From an uncultured Candidatus Saccharibacteria bacterium (GTDB lineage: Bacteria; Patescibacteriota; Minisyncoccia; Phycocordibacterales; XYD1-FULL-46-19): a DNA stretch of 64,000 nt. Under the pieces are notes generated by a model. It had not been told where the DNA came from, did no database searches, and worked only from the letters and a program-made list of their open reading frames with translations. The DNA lies in NCBI GenBank assembly GCA_964639285.1, contig CAZXCI010000003.1, positions 31,187 through 95,186 of the forward strand. Reading direction: 5' to 3'. Made by a program: the position numbers and the translations under genes. Numbering within the stretch: the first letter of the stretch is position 1; every line of letters begins with the position of its first letter. Shown here in pieces: positions 37,059 to 47,121 of this stretch.

Positions 37059-38096
37059 ATGAGAAATTTTTTTTTAATTTTTCTAATTTTGTTGATGGTT
37101 CTTCTGTCTTTCCCTACTCCCTCTTCCGCTCAAGTTCTGCCTTTTGGTGGGAAAATCCTCTATACAGACTGGTGTTCTTGTTCAATGAATTTACTCATTT
37201 ATTATTTGCGGGTTCGCGATTTCATGCCTCAACTTCTCTCTTATCGGGTCGGAGGGAGTAAGCTGTATTCTTATTATAATCTTACCGAGGGGATGGAGAT
37301 CTTGGGGACGACCGTTTCTCCTGATGTTTGTTTGACAGGATCACATTGCCATCCTCATCCTCTTGTCGCGGCCATGGGAACTCCTTGGCTAATTAGTATT
37401 GTCGGGACTTCTGACCCTTCTCATCGAGCCTCTGGCTCTGGCTCTGGCTCCGGTTCGGGCTCAGGTACAGGTACAGGGACAGACACGGGGACAACTGGCC
37501 CCACTTCGACCACGACCCCAGACGGAGCTCCTCCTTGTTCTAGTGATGCTGACCGTCTCGCTTCTAGTTATATTATGGCCAATGAGGGTTGGAGTAATTC
37601 CTGTTATCCCGATGCCGGAGGACGCTCGGTTGGAGTTGGCCACTTCATCACTCCTGGGGACGGGATTGATTGTAGCCGTCCTCTCTCAGATGCTGAAGTC
37701 CAAGAGCTCTTTGAAGAAGATTATCCTCAATATCGGGCTGATGCTGAAGCTTCAGCCGCTCGTAACGGTGTCGATTGGGATGCTTTGTCGCCAGAGCGAC
37801 AGGCGGTGCTCACTGATATGGCTTACAATATGGGAGCTGAAGGGGGAGGGGGGCTGAACGGCTTCACTGAGATGTGGGGGGCGATAAGACAAGCTCAATC
37901 AACCAGTGGGACCCAAAGTCAGCATCATTGGAATACGGCTGGTGATGAAATTATCGAGACTACGACACCTTATGGACAAGGTGCTCGAGCCGGGCGAAAC
38001 AGGACAATAATGAGGACGAATGGTAGTTCGACCATCAATCGCCAAGTTAATTCCGATCCTCACGCTAGAAATTATTGCGCTGAAGAGACAACTTAG
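37059..38096 (+). CDS. Secreted T4-lysozyme-like (GH24) muramidase
   Basis: Signal peptide, GS/T linker, NEGWSNSCYPDAGGRSVGVGH, RQAVLTDMAYNMG, GF..MW.AI, WNTAGDEI. Confidence 0.85.
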   Translation: MRNFFLIFLILLMVLLSFPTPSSAQVLPFGGKILYTDWCSCSMNLLIYYLRVRDFMPQLLSYRVGGSKLYSYYNLTEGMEILGTTVSPDVCLTGSHCHPHPLVAAMGTPWLISIVGTSDPSHRASGSGSGSGSGSGTGTGTDTGTTGPTSTTTPDGAPPCSSDADRLASSYIMANEGWSNSCYPDAGGRSVGVGHFITPGDGIDCSRPLSDAEVQELFEEDYPQYRADAEASAARNGVDWDALSPERQAVLTDMAYNMGAEGGGGLNGFTEMWGAIRQAQSTSGTQSQHHWNTAGDEIIETTTPYGQGARAGRNRTIMRTNGSSTINRQVNSDPHARNYCAEETT

Positions 38097-38497
38097 GGCA
38101 AGACCCCAGCGTTTATTTCTAAAGCAAAACTAATTTTTTGGGGTGGGTAGATTACTTGTGGGTAAGAGCTTGGTTCAAAATTCTTTTCTATCCCGATAAT
38201 TTTTTTGTTTTCGTCAAGCCAAACAATATCAATAGGGAAATTCATGTCTTTCATCCAGAAACCAGGCTGGCTTGGTTGATCGAAGACGAAGAGCAGGCCG
38301 TGATCTCTGGGGAGACTCTTCCGGCCAGAGAGACCGAGAGTCTTCTTTGCTTTGGTATTGGCCACTTCGGCGGTGAAGGTCCTTGAGCCGATTTTTATTT
38401 TAGTAGTCTGATAATTGTCGAAACTATGTTGTCTCAGACCAAGACAAAGCCCGATAAGAAAAATAACGACAAAACTCCAAAGAATTATTTTTTTCAT
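38093..38497 (-). CDS. DUF192-family protein
   Basis: AEVA.T, GLSGR, GLLFVF, FWMKDMNFPIDIVWLD, LEINAG. Confidence 0.92.
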   Translation of the reverse strand: MKKIILWSFVVIFLIGLCLGLRQHSFDNYQTTKIKIGSRTFTAEVANTKAKKTLGLSGRKSLPRDHGLLFVFDQPSQPGFWMKDMNFPIDIVWLDENKKIIGIEKNFEPSSYPQVIYPPQKISFALEINAGVLP

Positions 38498-38501
38498 CTT
38501 T

Positions 38502-39326
38502 TTATTCTTTATTTATTTGTTTATCATTTATCTCTTTTGCCAAACATTCCCAATTCTCAAGACTTAAGTTTTCGGCCCGGGCTCTTGGTGGAACTTGGCA
38601 TGCCTGGAGAGTGGCCTCTTCTACTTCGAGATTACTCTTGAGTAGTTTTCGCTTTTGTTTGAAGCCTTTTTTCAAAATTTCAAAAAATGTTTTTTCTTTG
38701 ATCTCGCTAAAGAAATCACGAGAAATATTTTCGATTAGGAGAATAGCTGAATCAACTTTTGGTTTGGGTTCGAAGGCTCCCGCCGGGACAGTTTTAACAT
38801 ATTTGGGGGTACCATAAACTTTGACCGAGATCGAGAGGAGAGATTCTTTTTTATCGCTGGCGATAATTCTCTTGGCCACCTCCTTCTGTATCATCAGGAC
38901 CATTCGGCCTGGCTGGCATTCTTCTTCGCTCAAGAATTTCCTGATTACTTGGCCGGTGATGTAGTAAGGAATATTGGCCACTAATTTGTAATTTTTCTCC
39001 GAGAAAAGTTTCGAGGCGTTGACTGTCAGGATATCGCCGTGAGCGATAAACATTTTTTTGTCATTTATTTCAGGCGCAAATTCTTCAAGTAAGTGATCGA
39101 GGAGTTCATCGTCCTTCTCGACGGCGAGAACCTGAGCCCCTGTCTCGATTAGGGCGCGAGTGAGGGCGCCTCTTCCTGGTCCAATCTCTAGGACTTCCTC
39201 CCCCTCCTTCAAGTCAGCTGTCTTGATGATTTCTCTAATTGCACTTTCTGATTTTAGCCAATTTTGCCCTAGGGATTTCTTGGCTCGGGGCTTCGTCTCT
39301 AAGTTTTTATTTTCTTCTTTCTCCAT
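38502..39326 (-). CDS. rsmA: 16S rRNA adenine dimethyltransferase
   Basis: KKSLGQNW, LEIGPG.G.LT, VANIPYYIT, PKVDS. Confidence 0.96.
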   Translation of the reverse strand: MEKEENKNLETKPRAKKSLGQNWLKSESAIREIIKTADLKEGEEVLEIGPGRGALTRALIETGAQVLAVEKDDELLDHLLEEFAPEINDKKMFIAHGDILTVNASKLFSEKNYKLVANIPYYITGQVIRKFLSEEECQPGRMVLMIQKEVAKRIIASDKKESLLSISVKVYGTPKYVKTVPAGAFEPKPKVDSAILLIENISRDFFSEIKEKTFFEILKKGFKQKRKLLKSNLEVEEATLQACQVPPRARAENLSLENWECLAKEINDKQINKE

Positions 39327-39434
39327 TTCTCTAATTATGCCCTAAATAATCTTTTTTAGACAGAGGCTTGTTAAACTCCTGTCCTTTGCGATATAATCGA
39401 GGTATTAAAAGTCTTAATTTAAAATATAAATAAT

Positions 39435-39647
39435 ATGTTAAATGATATGGAAGGAACTCCTAACTTAGAAAATCCGGCTGAAATACAGAAAGTTATCGAG
39501 AGGACAAAGGCCGAGATTGATGAAATTTGCACCGAGTTAGAAGGAAAGAACAAAGAGCAAGAAGTTCTCTTGGCGTCTCTCAAAAAGGCGACCACCGAAT
39601 TAGCTAGGCTCATAAGCGTCTTAGAAGGGTTTCTCCCTTCTGCCTAG
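39435..39647 (+). CDS. Small coiled-coil hypothetical protein
   Basis: Heptad-like pattern; TATAAT upstream. Confidence 0.6.
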   Translation: MLNDMEGTPNLENPAEIQKVIERTKAEIDEICTELEGKNKEQEVLLASLKKATTELARLISVLEGFLPSA

Positions 39648-39653
39648 AGCTTG

Positions 39654-41543
39654 TCAGACTATCGTCCAGAGGCCGGATTCGGCCTCAATGAGGTTCTCCT
39701 CGATATCGAAGATAAATTCGGACGGCATATTGACGCGACGTTGACCGAAAACCTGGCGAGTTTGAGCGTAAGAAAGATAGAGCTTGTGGCGGGCTCGAGT
39801 AATCGCCACGTAGAAAAGTCGGCGTTCTTCCTCGCCGTCTTTTTTGCTATCGCTTAAGCCGGCGTGCGGGAAGAGGTCCTGTTCGAGACCAGTGACGAAG
39901 ACATAATCAAATTCAAGCCCTTTGGCTGCGTGGACAGTCATTAATTTTACTCCAACCTTCGGCTGGTCGAGCTCGTCTTGGTCTGTTGCCAGAGCAATCT
40001 CGGTCATCATGGCCTCTATCGCCTCTTCTGGCTCTAAGTTGTCATATTTGGTGGCGACACTGACTAATTCTTTAATATTTTCTAATCTTTCTAATCCTTC
40101 TTCGCCGTCTTCCCTTAGACTTTTTTCTAGGCCGGTTTGGGTGAGGATAAATTTTATTAACTCAGAGGGTTTATTACTTAGAGCAAAATCTCCAATCTCG
40201 CTCACGATTTTCTTAAATTGGGAGATTTTCTGTCTCATCGTCGCTGGCAATTCTTCGAATTGTCCGCTGGCCAATTTAAGGAGCGTTATTTTACCAATGC
40301 CTCGAGCGGGTATATTGATGACACGTTTTGCACTTTCCCAATCATCAGGGTTAAGACTAACTCTAATGAAGGCGACGATATCTTTGACCTCTTTGCGTTC
40401 GAAGAAGCGGGTGCCGAGTACTTGGTAGGGCACATTTTCTCGAAGGCAAGCCTCTTCAAGCACTCGGGATTGGAAATTGGCTCGATATAATACAGCAATC
40501 TCGTTTGGGTGTGTTTCTTCCCCGATCAATTCCTTAGCTTTCTGGGCGACAAAACCAGCTTCATCCCCCTCCTCCATACCGGTATAGAGTCCGATTTTGG
40601 CCCCGGCTTTATTTTTAGTAAAAAGTTTTTTCTCGTGACGTTTTTTGTTTTTTTCAATGATTTGGTTAGCGGCAGTGAGGATTGTTTGGGTCGAGCGATA
40701 ATTTTCTTCAAGCAGAACAATTTTGGCCTTAGGATAATCTTTCTCAAAATGAAGAAGGTTGGTGAAGTCGGCTCCGCGCCAGCCGTAGATAGATTGGTCC
40801 ATGTCCCCTACCACACAGATATTCTTTTCTTTGTGGGCTAGAAGATTGGTTAGTTCGTACTGGATAACGTTGGTGTCTTGGTACTCATCGACGTGGATAT
40901 AGTGGAAACGGTCTTGGTAATGAGCGAGAACGTCAGGATTCTTTTTAAGAAGTTCCACGGTCTTTAGCAGGAGATCGTCGAAGTCGAGGGCTTTGTTGGT
41001 CCTTAATAATTCTTCATATCTGGCCCAGACTTGGCTAATAACTCTGGCAAAAGGATTATTCGAATTACTATTCTGGAATTCTTGCTGGCTAATGTTGTCT
41101 CCTTTTTGGCGAGAAATAGTGTTGAGCACCTTCCTTGGCTCATATCTCTTCTCGTCAAGACTCATGGCACGCATTGCCTCTTTAACCTTAGAGATTGAGT
41201 CGTCACGGTCGAGAATTGAGAAGTGGTGAGAGAGCCCAAGTCGGTCGCCATGGTGTCTTAATATATAGACTCCGAGAGAGTGGAAGGTGGTTACCATGGG
41301 TTCAACCCTTACTCGCCCCTCCAAGAGTTTAGTTACTCGTTCGCGCATTTCGCGCGCCGCCTTGTTGGTGAAGGTGATGGCCAAGATATTCTCGGGTTTA
41401 ATCCCTGACTCAATAAGGTGCAAGATGCGATAGGTGATGGTTCGTGTTTTGCCCGCGCCAGCACCAGCAATGACTAATAAGGGCCCGTCTTGATGCAAGA
41501 CAGCCTCCTTCTGTGGTGGATTTAATTGGTCAAGATAAGACAT
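39654..41543 (-). CDS. pcrA: UvrD/PcrA DNA helicase
   Basis: AGAGAGKT, TFTNKAA, VDEYQDTN, GDMDQSIYGWRGA, NYRS, HAAKGLEF, EERRLFYVAITRA. Confidence 0.96.
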   Translation of the reverse strand: MSYLDQLNPPQKEAVLHQDGPLLVIAGAGAGKTRTITYRILHLIESGIKPENILAITFTNKAAREMRERVTKLLEGRVRVEPMVTTFHSLGVYILRHHGDRLGLSHHFSILDRDDSISKVKEAMRAMSLDEKRYEPRKVLNTISRQKGDNISQQEFQNSNSNNPFARVISQVWARYEELLRTNKALDFDDLLLKTVELLKKNPDVLAHYQDRFHYIHVDEYQDTNVIQYELTNLLAHKEKNICVVGDMDQSIYGWRGADFTNLLHFEKDYPKAKIVLLEENYRSTQTILTAANQIIEKNKKRHEKKLFTKNKAGAKIGLYTGMEEGDEAGFVAQKAKELIGEETHPNEIAVLYRANFQSRVLEEACLRENVPYQVLGTRFFERKEVKDIVAFIRVSLNPDDWESAKRVINIPARGIGKITLLKLASGQFEELPATMRQKISQFKKIVSEIGDFALSNKPSELIKFILTQTGLEKSLREDGEEGLERLENIKELVSVATKYDNLEPEEAIEAMMTEIALATDQDELDQPKVGVKLMTVHAAKGLEFDYVFVTGLEQDLFPHAGLSDSKKDGEEERRLFYVAITRARHKLYLSYAQTRQVFGQRRVNMPSEFIFDIEENLIEAESGLWTIV

Positions 41544-41597
41544 AAAATGTTTTAATTGATAGACGAGCAACTTATATCATAATATAATTAAAGACAT

Positions 41598-42029
41598 ATG
41601 AATAATCTTGAAAGTGAGATCGCTGAATTACAAAAAATGATCGAGGCCAAGCGCGATCAATTAGAGAAGGAGGTAGGCATTGTTGAAGAGAAGGAGTTGG
41701 TTCGTCAGTCGGTGCGAGAAATGTTTCTCGATACGACGACACCGCCTCTTTCTTCGTCGGCCAACCCTTTGCCTGCTCAAAGTCCCACCCCGGTTAGCAC
41801 GCCTTCGGTCAAAGTTCAGCCAAATTCTGCTAGCGCTAGTTACTTAGATTATCTCGATGCCGACACGACAGAGAAGATCAACCACTTGATCGAAGAGATT
41901 CCGGCTAAGGGTGTAGCTCTTGTCATTGACGAGGTCGCGGCACAGGAGCCTTTTGTCATCGACGCTTTCCATGATGCCCTTGTTGACAAGCTCTACGATG
42001 AGCTCAAGGCTCGTGGTTTAGTAAAATAA
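41598..42029 (+). CDS. Hypothetical protein upstream of the coupling ATPase
   Basis: Coiled N-terminus, P/S linker, DAFHDALVD C-terminus. Confidence 0.75.
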   Translation: MNNLESEIAELQKMIEAKRDQLEKEVGIVEEKELVRQSVREMFLDTTTPPLSSSANPLPAQSPTPVSTPSVKVQPNSASASYLDYLDADTTEKINHLIEEIPAKGVALVIDEVAAQEPFVIDAFHDALVDKLYDELKARGLVK

Positions 42030-42036
42030 ATTAATA

Positions 42037-44400
42037 ATGCCCCCCCATCTAATTTTAAGTTTTGCAATTATTGTTGTCGTGGTCGCTGTGGCCGGTATTG
42101 TTCTTTGGTATAAGCGGAAGCATCGCCAATGGGAAAGTCTTAACCTCAAGATTCTTTCAATTAAGATTCCTCGGACCGGAAGCGAAGACAAAGTAGATTT
42201 TCTGAAGGAGATAAACTTGACCGAACAACTTTTTAATTCACTCTCTTCAATTAAACAGCCTTTTGTTTTTGAGCTGTCGGTTAAGAATGTGGGCGAAGAA
42301 ATTAATTTTTTCCTCTCGGTCCCTCGCTCGGTTGTTGATTTTGCTAAGCGGGAGATTCAAGGTCTCTTCTTAGACGCCAAGGTTGAGGAAGTTCCCGACT
42401 ACACCATCTTCCAACCGCAAGGGACGGCCGTGGCTGGTTATCTCGCCCTAGACAAAGAATATTTTTTACCGATCGGCACATACCAAGAGGCTCAAGCTGA
42501 TATTTTTGCCCCGATCCTAAGTACTTTATCTCGGGTTAATGAACGTGATGAGGGGGCTTCGGTTCAGATTGTCGTGCGCCCAGCTCCTGAGAAAACGAAA
42601 AAGACTCTCATTTGGGTCGCTGAAAAACTTAAAAGCGGGGCCAAGTTTTCCGATGTTTCTCGTCTTGGAAGCCTAAGTTTAAAAGATGTTAGTCAGGAGT
42701 GGAGTGGTAAACCAAAACCAAAGGAGGGGGAAGCCGGTCCCCCGCCCAAGATCGATGAAGAGATGGTCAAGGCGGTGGGACTTAAGCTGGCCAAACCGCT
42801 CTTCGAGGTTAATGTTCGTCTTGTTACCTCCTCGGTTGATGTTAACCGAGCGGAGGATATGTTTGTGGCTCTCTCGAGTGCTTTTTCTAAATTTTCTTCA
42901 CCGATTCGCAATGGTTTCAAAATTATCAAACCAAAGAAAAATCGTCACCTTGTCTTCAATTATGTCTTCCGTGATTTCAATCGTTATCAGACGATTGTTC
43001 TCAACACTGAAGAATTGGCCAGCATCTTCCACCTTCCAACTCACACTTCTGATGTCCCTAATGTCTCTTGGCTCCGGGCTAAGGAAGCCGCCCCTCCAGA
43101 AGTTATGCCCAAGGAAGGTCTCAAGTTGGGGGATAGTGTCTTCCGGGGAGCAATTAAAGAGGTTCGTTTGACCGACGAGGACCGTCGACGTCATCTCTAT
43201 GTTGTTGGGCAGACTGGTACTGGTAAATCTGTCTTGATTCAAAATTTGGCAATGCAAGACATGATTAATAATAAGGGTCTTTGCGTTATTGACCCTCATG
43301 GCGAGACAATTGAGAAGATCCTGGCTTACGTTCCTAAAGATCGGATTGACGATATTATTGTCTTCGACCCCGGTGATCGGGAGCGACCAATTGGGCTTAA
43401 TATGCTCGAATATGATTTTAACAAACCAGAAGAAAAAACCTTTATCGTTAATGAACTTCTGTCTATTTTTAATCAACTATTTGATAAGCAGGCGCTTGGA
43501 CCAATGTTTGAACGATATATGCGCGGAGCTCTCAATCTCTTAATGGACGATATGGTCAATGAACCGGCGACTTTGGTGGAAGTTCCCCGCGTTTTTACCG
43601 ATGACGAGTTTCGCAAGCGCAAATTAGCCCGCTCGCAAAATCAGCAAATCATCGATTTTTGGACAAAGGAAGTGCCTAAGACCTCGGGTGATCAGAGTCT
43701 TGGTAATTTTGCTCCCTACGTTTCGTCCAAATTTGATAATCTTATTTCCAATTCCTATATTCGCCCCATTATTGGACAACCCAAATCTTCTTTTGACTTC
43801 CGCCAAGCTATGGATGAAGGGAAGATTATTCTGGTAAACTTGTCTAAGGGTAAAGTTGGTGATCTCTCCTCATCTCTATTGGGCATGGTGATCGTAGGTA
43901 AAATTCTTAAAGCTGCTCTTTCTCGCGTTGATATTGCTGATGAGCGTTCTCGTCGGGATTTCTATCTCTATATTGATGAGTTCCAGAACTATACGACCGA
44001 ATCAATTGCTACTATTCTCTCTGAGGCCCGTAAATATCGGCTCAACCTTATTGTCGCCCATCAATTTATTGCTCAACTCAAAGACAACATTCGCGAGGCT
44101 GTATTCGGCAATGTGGGTAACATGATCTCCTTCCGAGTTGGCCCGCCTGACGCTGAGACCCTGGTTAAACATTTCGGTCCGGTCTTCAATGAGAAGGATC
44201 TCATTAGTATTGAGAATCTCAATGCTTTTACCAAGATTCTTGTCAATGGTGAACCGTCCAAACCTTTCAATATGAAGATTACTTGGCCCACGGGTGGCTC
44301 AGCCGTCGTTCGAGATGGTCTTAAGGAGCTCTCTCGCCTTCGTTTCGGCCAAGATCTCGACCAAATTGAGGAAGATATCCTTAAACGCCTGAGAGATTAA
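42037..44400 (+). CDS. VirD4/TraD-like type IV coupling ATPase
   Basis: N-terminal TM, RRHLYVVGQTGTGKS, IDPHG, LYIDEFQN, LSEARKY, AHQ, GNVG. Confidence 0.88.
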   Translation: MPPHLILSFAIIVVVVAVAGIVLWYKRKHRQWESLNLKILSIKIPRTGSEDKVDFLKEINLTEQLFNSLSSIKQPFVFELSVKNVGEEINFFLSVPRSVVDFAKREIQGLFLDAKVEEVPDYTIFQPQGTAVAGYLALDKEYFLPIGTYQEAQADIFAPILSTLSRVNERDEGASVQIVVRPAPEKTKKTLIWVAEKLKSGAKFSDVSRLGSLSLKDVSQEWSGKPKPKEGEAGPPPKIDEEMVKAVGLKLAKPLFEVNVRLVTSSVDVNRAEDMFVALSSAFSKFSSPIRNGFKIIKPKKNRHLVFNYVFRDFNRYQTIVLNTEELASIFHLPTHTSDVPNVSWLRAKEAAPPEVMPKEGLKLGDSVFRGAIKEVRLTDEDRRRHLYVVGQTGTGKSVLIQNLAMQDMINNKGLCVIDPHGETIEKILAYVPKDRIDDIIVFDPGDRERPIGLNMLEYDFNKPEEKTFIVNELLSIFNQLFDKQALGPMFERYMRGALNLLMDDMVNEPATLVEVPRVFTDDEFRKRKLARSQNQQIIDFWTKEVPKTSGDQSLGNFAPYVSSKFDNLISNSYIRPIIGQPKSSFDFRQAMDEGKIILVNLSKGKVGDLSSSLLGMVIVGKILKAALSRVDIADERSRRDFYLYIDEFQNYTTESIATILSEARKYRLNLIVAHQFIAQLKDNIREAVFGNVGNMISFRVGPPDAETLVKHFGPVFNEKDLISIENLNAFTKILVNGEPSKPFNMKITWPTGGSAVVRDGLKELSRLRFGQDLDQIEEDILKRLRD

Positions 44401-44472
44401 GGTGCTTTTTCTAGATCTTGCCGAGGGGATAACTTGATTGAAAAAAGGCTCTTTTTGGGCTAAGATGCGAAG

Positions 44473-45519
44473 GTGAAAAAGATCTGGATAGTCCCACTTT
44501 TTTTGTCTTTATTGCTAGTGGCGCAGACGGCCGAAGGAGGCATTTTCTCCTCTATTGTCGGCTTTTTTAGTCCTTCGGTGAGCAAAGTTAGCGCCAATGT
44601 CCTCCAAGAGGAAAACGAACAAACTGAGACAAATTCTCAAAATATGGACCTCTTAGAACCAGTGCTCGGGGAAACTTCGACGAGTTCCCCTCGTGACGAT
44701 GCAGAGATGTCCATTGTCAGTGGTGGTGCCGTTCTCCCTGAATCTGGGCCTTTAGGGACGATGGCTGATATTAAGGATACTCCAATGCCCTCAGATCTTA
44801 TTAGTGTCTATATTGTCCGTCCTGGAGACACCATTGGGACAATCGCTAAGATGTATAATGTCTCAGTCAATACTATTCGTTGGACTAACGAGCTTAAGAA
44901 AAGTGATGTTATTAAGCCAGGGGACAGCCTTATCATTCTTCCGATTACAGGTATCCAACACACAGTCAAGAAGGGTGATACAATTAAGAGCTTGGCCAAA
45001 AAATATGGGGGGAATTTTGAAGAAATTCTTGCTTATAATGATCTTGACCCCGCCAAGGGCTTGGTGGTTGGCGATACTATTATTATTCCTGACGGGGAGG
45101 AAAGTACGATCATCTCTTCGACTAAACCAGTGGCAAAGTCCCCATCTAAGTACAGTGGTCCAAGTTCCTCTGGTTACTTTATGAAGCCAGTTACTAATTA
45201 TCGCCGAACTCAAGGTCTCCATGGTTATCTTCACAATGCTATTGATATGGCCGCGTCTCTTGGCACCCCTATTTATGCGGCCGCTGAGGGTAAAGTTATC
45301 ATTGCTAAAGGTAGCGGTTGGAATAGTGGCTATGGTAATTATGTTGTTATCTCGCACCCTAACGGCACTCAGACTCTCTATGCTCATCTGAGTAAGTTAA
45401 ATGTCAGTGTTGGTCAACGCGTCGACAAGGGTGATAATATCGGAGGCATGGGTAGTACGGGCAAATCAACTGGTTCTCACCTTCACTTCGAGATTCGTGG
45501 CGCTTCGAATCCTTTCTGA
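44473..45519 (+). CDS. LysM-domain M23 metalloendopeptidase
   Basis: Two LysM domains (VRPGDT, VKKGDT), HNAID, YAHL, STGSHLHFE. Confidence 0.95.
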   Translation: MKKIWIVPLFLSLLLVAQTAEGGIFSSIVGFFSPSVSKVSANVLQEENEQTETNSQNMDLLEPVLGETSTSSPRDDAEMSIVSGGAVLPESGPLGTMADIKDTPMPSDLISVYIVRPGDTIGTIAKMYNVSVNTIRWTNELKKSDVIKPGDSLIILPITGIQHTVKKGDTIKSLAKKYGGNFEEILAYNDLDPAKGLVVGDTIIIPDGEESTIISSTKPVAKSPSKYSGPSSSGYFMKPVTNYRRTQGLHGYLHNAIDMAASLGTPIYAAAEGKVIIAKGSGWNSGYGNYVVISHPNGTQTLYAHLSKLNVSVGQRVDKGDNIGGMGSTGKSTGSHLHFEIRGASNPF

Positions 45520-45543
45520 GCCAGTATTTAGGAGTTAGCATTT

Positions 45544-47079
45544 TTACTCAAAAATATTTTTAGGTCTGTATTGTAAAGCTTCAAGCAGATGTTGATCTTG
45601 GATGTTGTCAGAATTATCGAGATCAGCAATGGTGCGGGCCAGTTTAATTATGCGATGGTAGGCGCGGGCTGACAAATTTAATCTTTTGGCCGAGTCGTTG
45701 AGAAGTTTTGTTGCGGAGTCAGAGAGTGGGGCATATTTTTTAATCTCTTTAACACCCATCTCTCCATTGGTATTAACGGTTTTAATTCCGGCAAAACGTT
45801 TGGCCTGTTGTTCTCGGGCGAAAAGTACCCTCTCGCGAATTTTTTGCGATGATTCCCCGCTTGGTTTATCACTTGATAATTCTTCGTGTTTGACCTGGGG
45901 CACATCGAGCCAAATATCAATGCGGTCGATAATCGGCCCCGAAACTTTGCGACTATATTTCTGGATTTGGGATTGTGTGCAGGTGCAATCTTTAATCCGC
46001 GAACCCTTGAAACCGCAAGGGCAAGGATTAAGGGCAGCGACTAAGATAAAGCTGGCGGGGAAATTGATAGATCCACGAGCGCGAGCAACGCTTATCACTT
46101 TGTCTTCGAGTGGCTGGCGAAGAGATTCAATCACTTTTTTATCAAATTCGGGGAATTCATCTAAGAAGAGGACCCCACGGTGAGCCATGGTGATCTCGCC
46201 CGGCTTAGGCCAAGCTCCGCCGCCAACCAGAGAAACATAAGATGAAGTATGATGAGGGGAACGGAAGGGTGGATGGGTGACAAGTTCCTCGCTTAAGACT
46301 CCAGAGGCTGAATGAATCCCGGTAACTTCAATAATTTCGTCAATCGAGAGAGGTGGCATAATGGCAGTGAAGGCGCGAGCGAGCATTGTCTTGCCAGTGC
46401 CGGGCGGTCCATACATGGCCACATTGTGGCCACCCGCCGCCGCAATCTCTAATCCCCTTTTGGCAGTGTGTTGACTTCTAATTTCTGAGAAGTCGGAGGC
46501 ATAATCTTTGTCTATAATGATTATTTCTGTCTCTCTGGCTGGGAGGATTTTGGGTTCTTCGACCTTGGGAGATAGGTGGGCGGTAATTTCTTTAAGTGAT
46601 TGACAAGGATAAATAGTAATACCCCTAATCAGGGCCGCTTCCCTGGTATTTTCGGCTGGGAGATAAATTTCCTCGAAGCCTTTTTCTTTAGCTTTTTGGG
46701 TGATGAGAAGGGCACCGGCCACTCCACGTAAACTACCATCGAGAGCTAGTTCCCCAACAAAGAGTTTTTTCTTCGGGTTAAATTTGATCTCCGTGGCTGC
46801 GGACAGATAACCCAAGGCAATGGCTAAATCAAAAGTTGAGCCTTCCTTTCTAAGATTGGCCGGGGCGAGGGAGACGATAACCTTCTTGTTTCCCTTTTGC
46901 GGGGCCTTGAAGCCAGAATTTTTTATGGCTGAGTTGATACGATCCTTTGCTTCGGCGACGGCTTTGTCGGGGAGGCCGACAATGCTGAAGGATTGTAGTC
47001 CCCGATTGATATCAACTTCAACCTCAATAATATCGGTCTTAAGACCGATAATTTGAGCGGAGTTTATCTTTGCAACCAT
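45544..47079 (-). CDS. comM: ComM/YifB Mg-chelatase-like AAA+ helicase
   Basis: IVGLPD, LAPA..RKEGS.FDL, GELALDG, GPPGTGKTMLA, PFRSPHH, GVLFLDE, NPCPCG, ARTIADL. Confidence 0.95.
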   Translation of the reverse strand: MVAKINSAQIIGLKTDIIEVEVDINRGLQSFSIVGLPDKAVAEAKDRINSAIKNSGFKAPQKGNKKVIVSLAPANLRKEGSTFDLAIALGYLSAATEIKFNPKKKLFVGELALDGSLRGVAGALLITQKAKEKGFEEIYLPAENTREAALIRGITIYPCQSLKEITAHLSPKVEEPKILPARETEIIIIDKDYASDFSEIRSQHTAKRGLEIAAAGGHNVAMYGPPGTGKTMLARAFTAIMPPLSIDEIIEVTGIHSASGVLSEELVTHPPFRSPHHTSSYVSLVGGGAWPKPGEITMAHRGVLFLDEFPEFDKKVIESLRQPLEDKVISVARARGSINFPASFILVAALNPCPCGFKGSRIKDCTCTQSQIQKYSRKVSGPIIDRIDIWLDVPQVKHEELSSDKPSGESSQKIRERVLFAREQQAKRFAGIKTVNTNGEMGVKEIKKYAPLSDSATKLLNDSAKRLNLSARAYHRIIKLARTIADLDNSDNIQDQHLLEALQYRPKNIFE

Positions 47080-47121
47080 TCGCTAATTATATTACAAAAA
47101 AGCGAAATTTATAAATCAAAA

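Noticed and set aside
37432-37500. Short tandem repeats (TCTGGC)n / (ACAGGG)n as a contingency locus
   Set aside because: In-frame, degenerate codons for a GS/GT linker.
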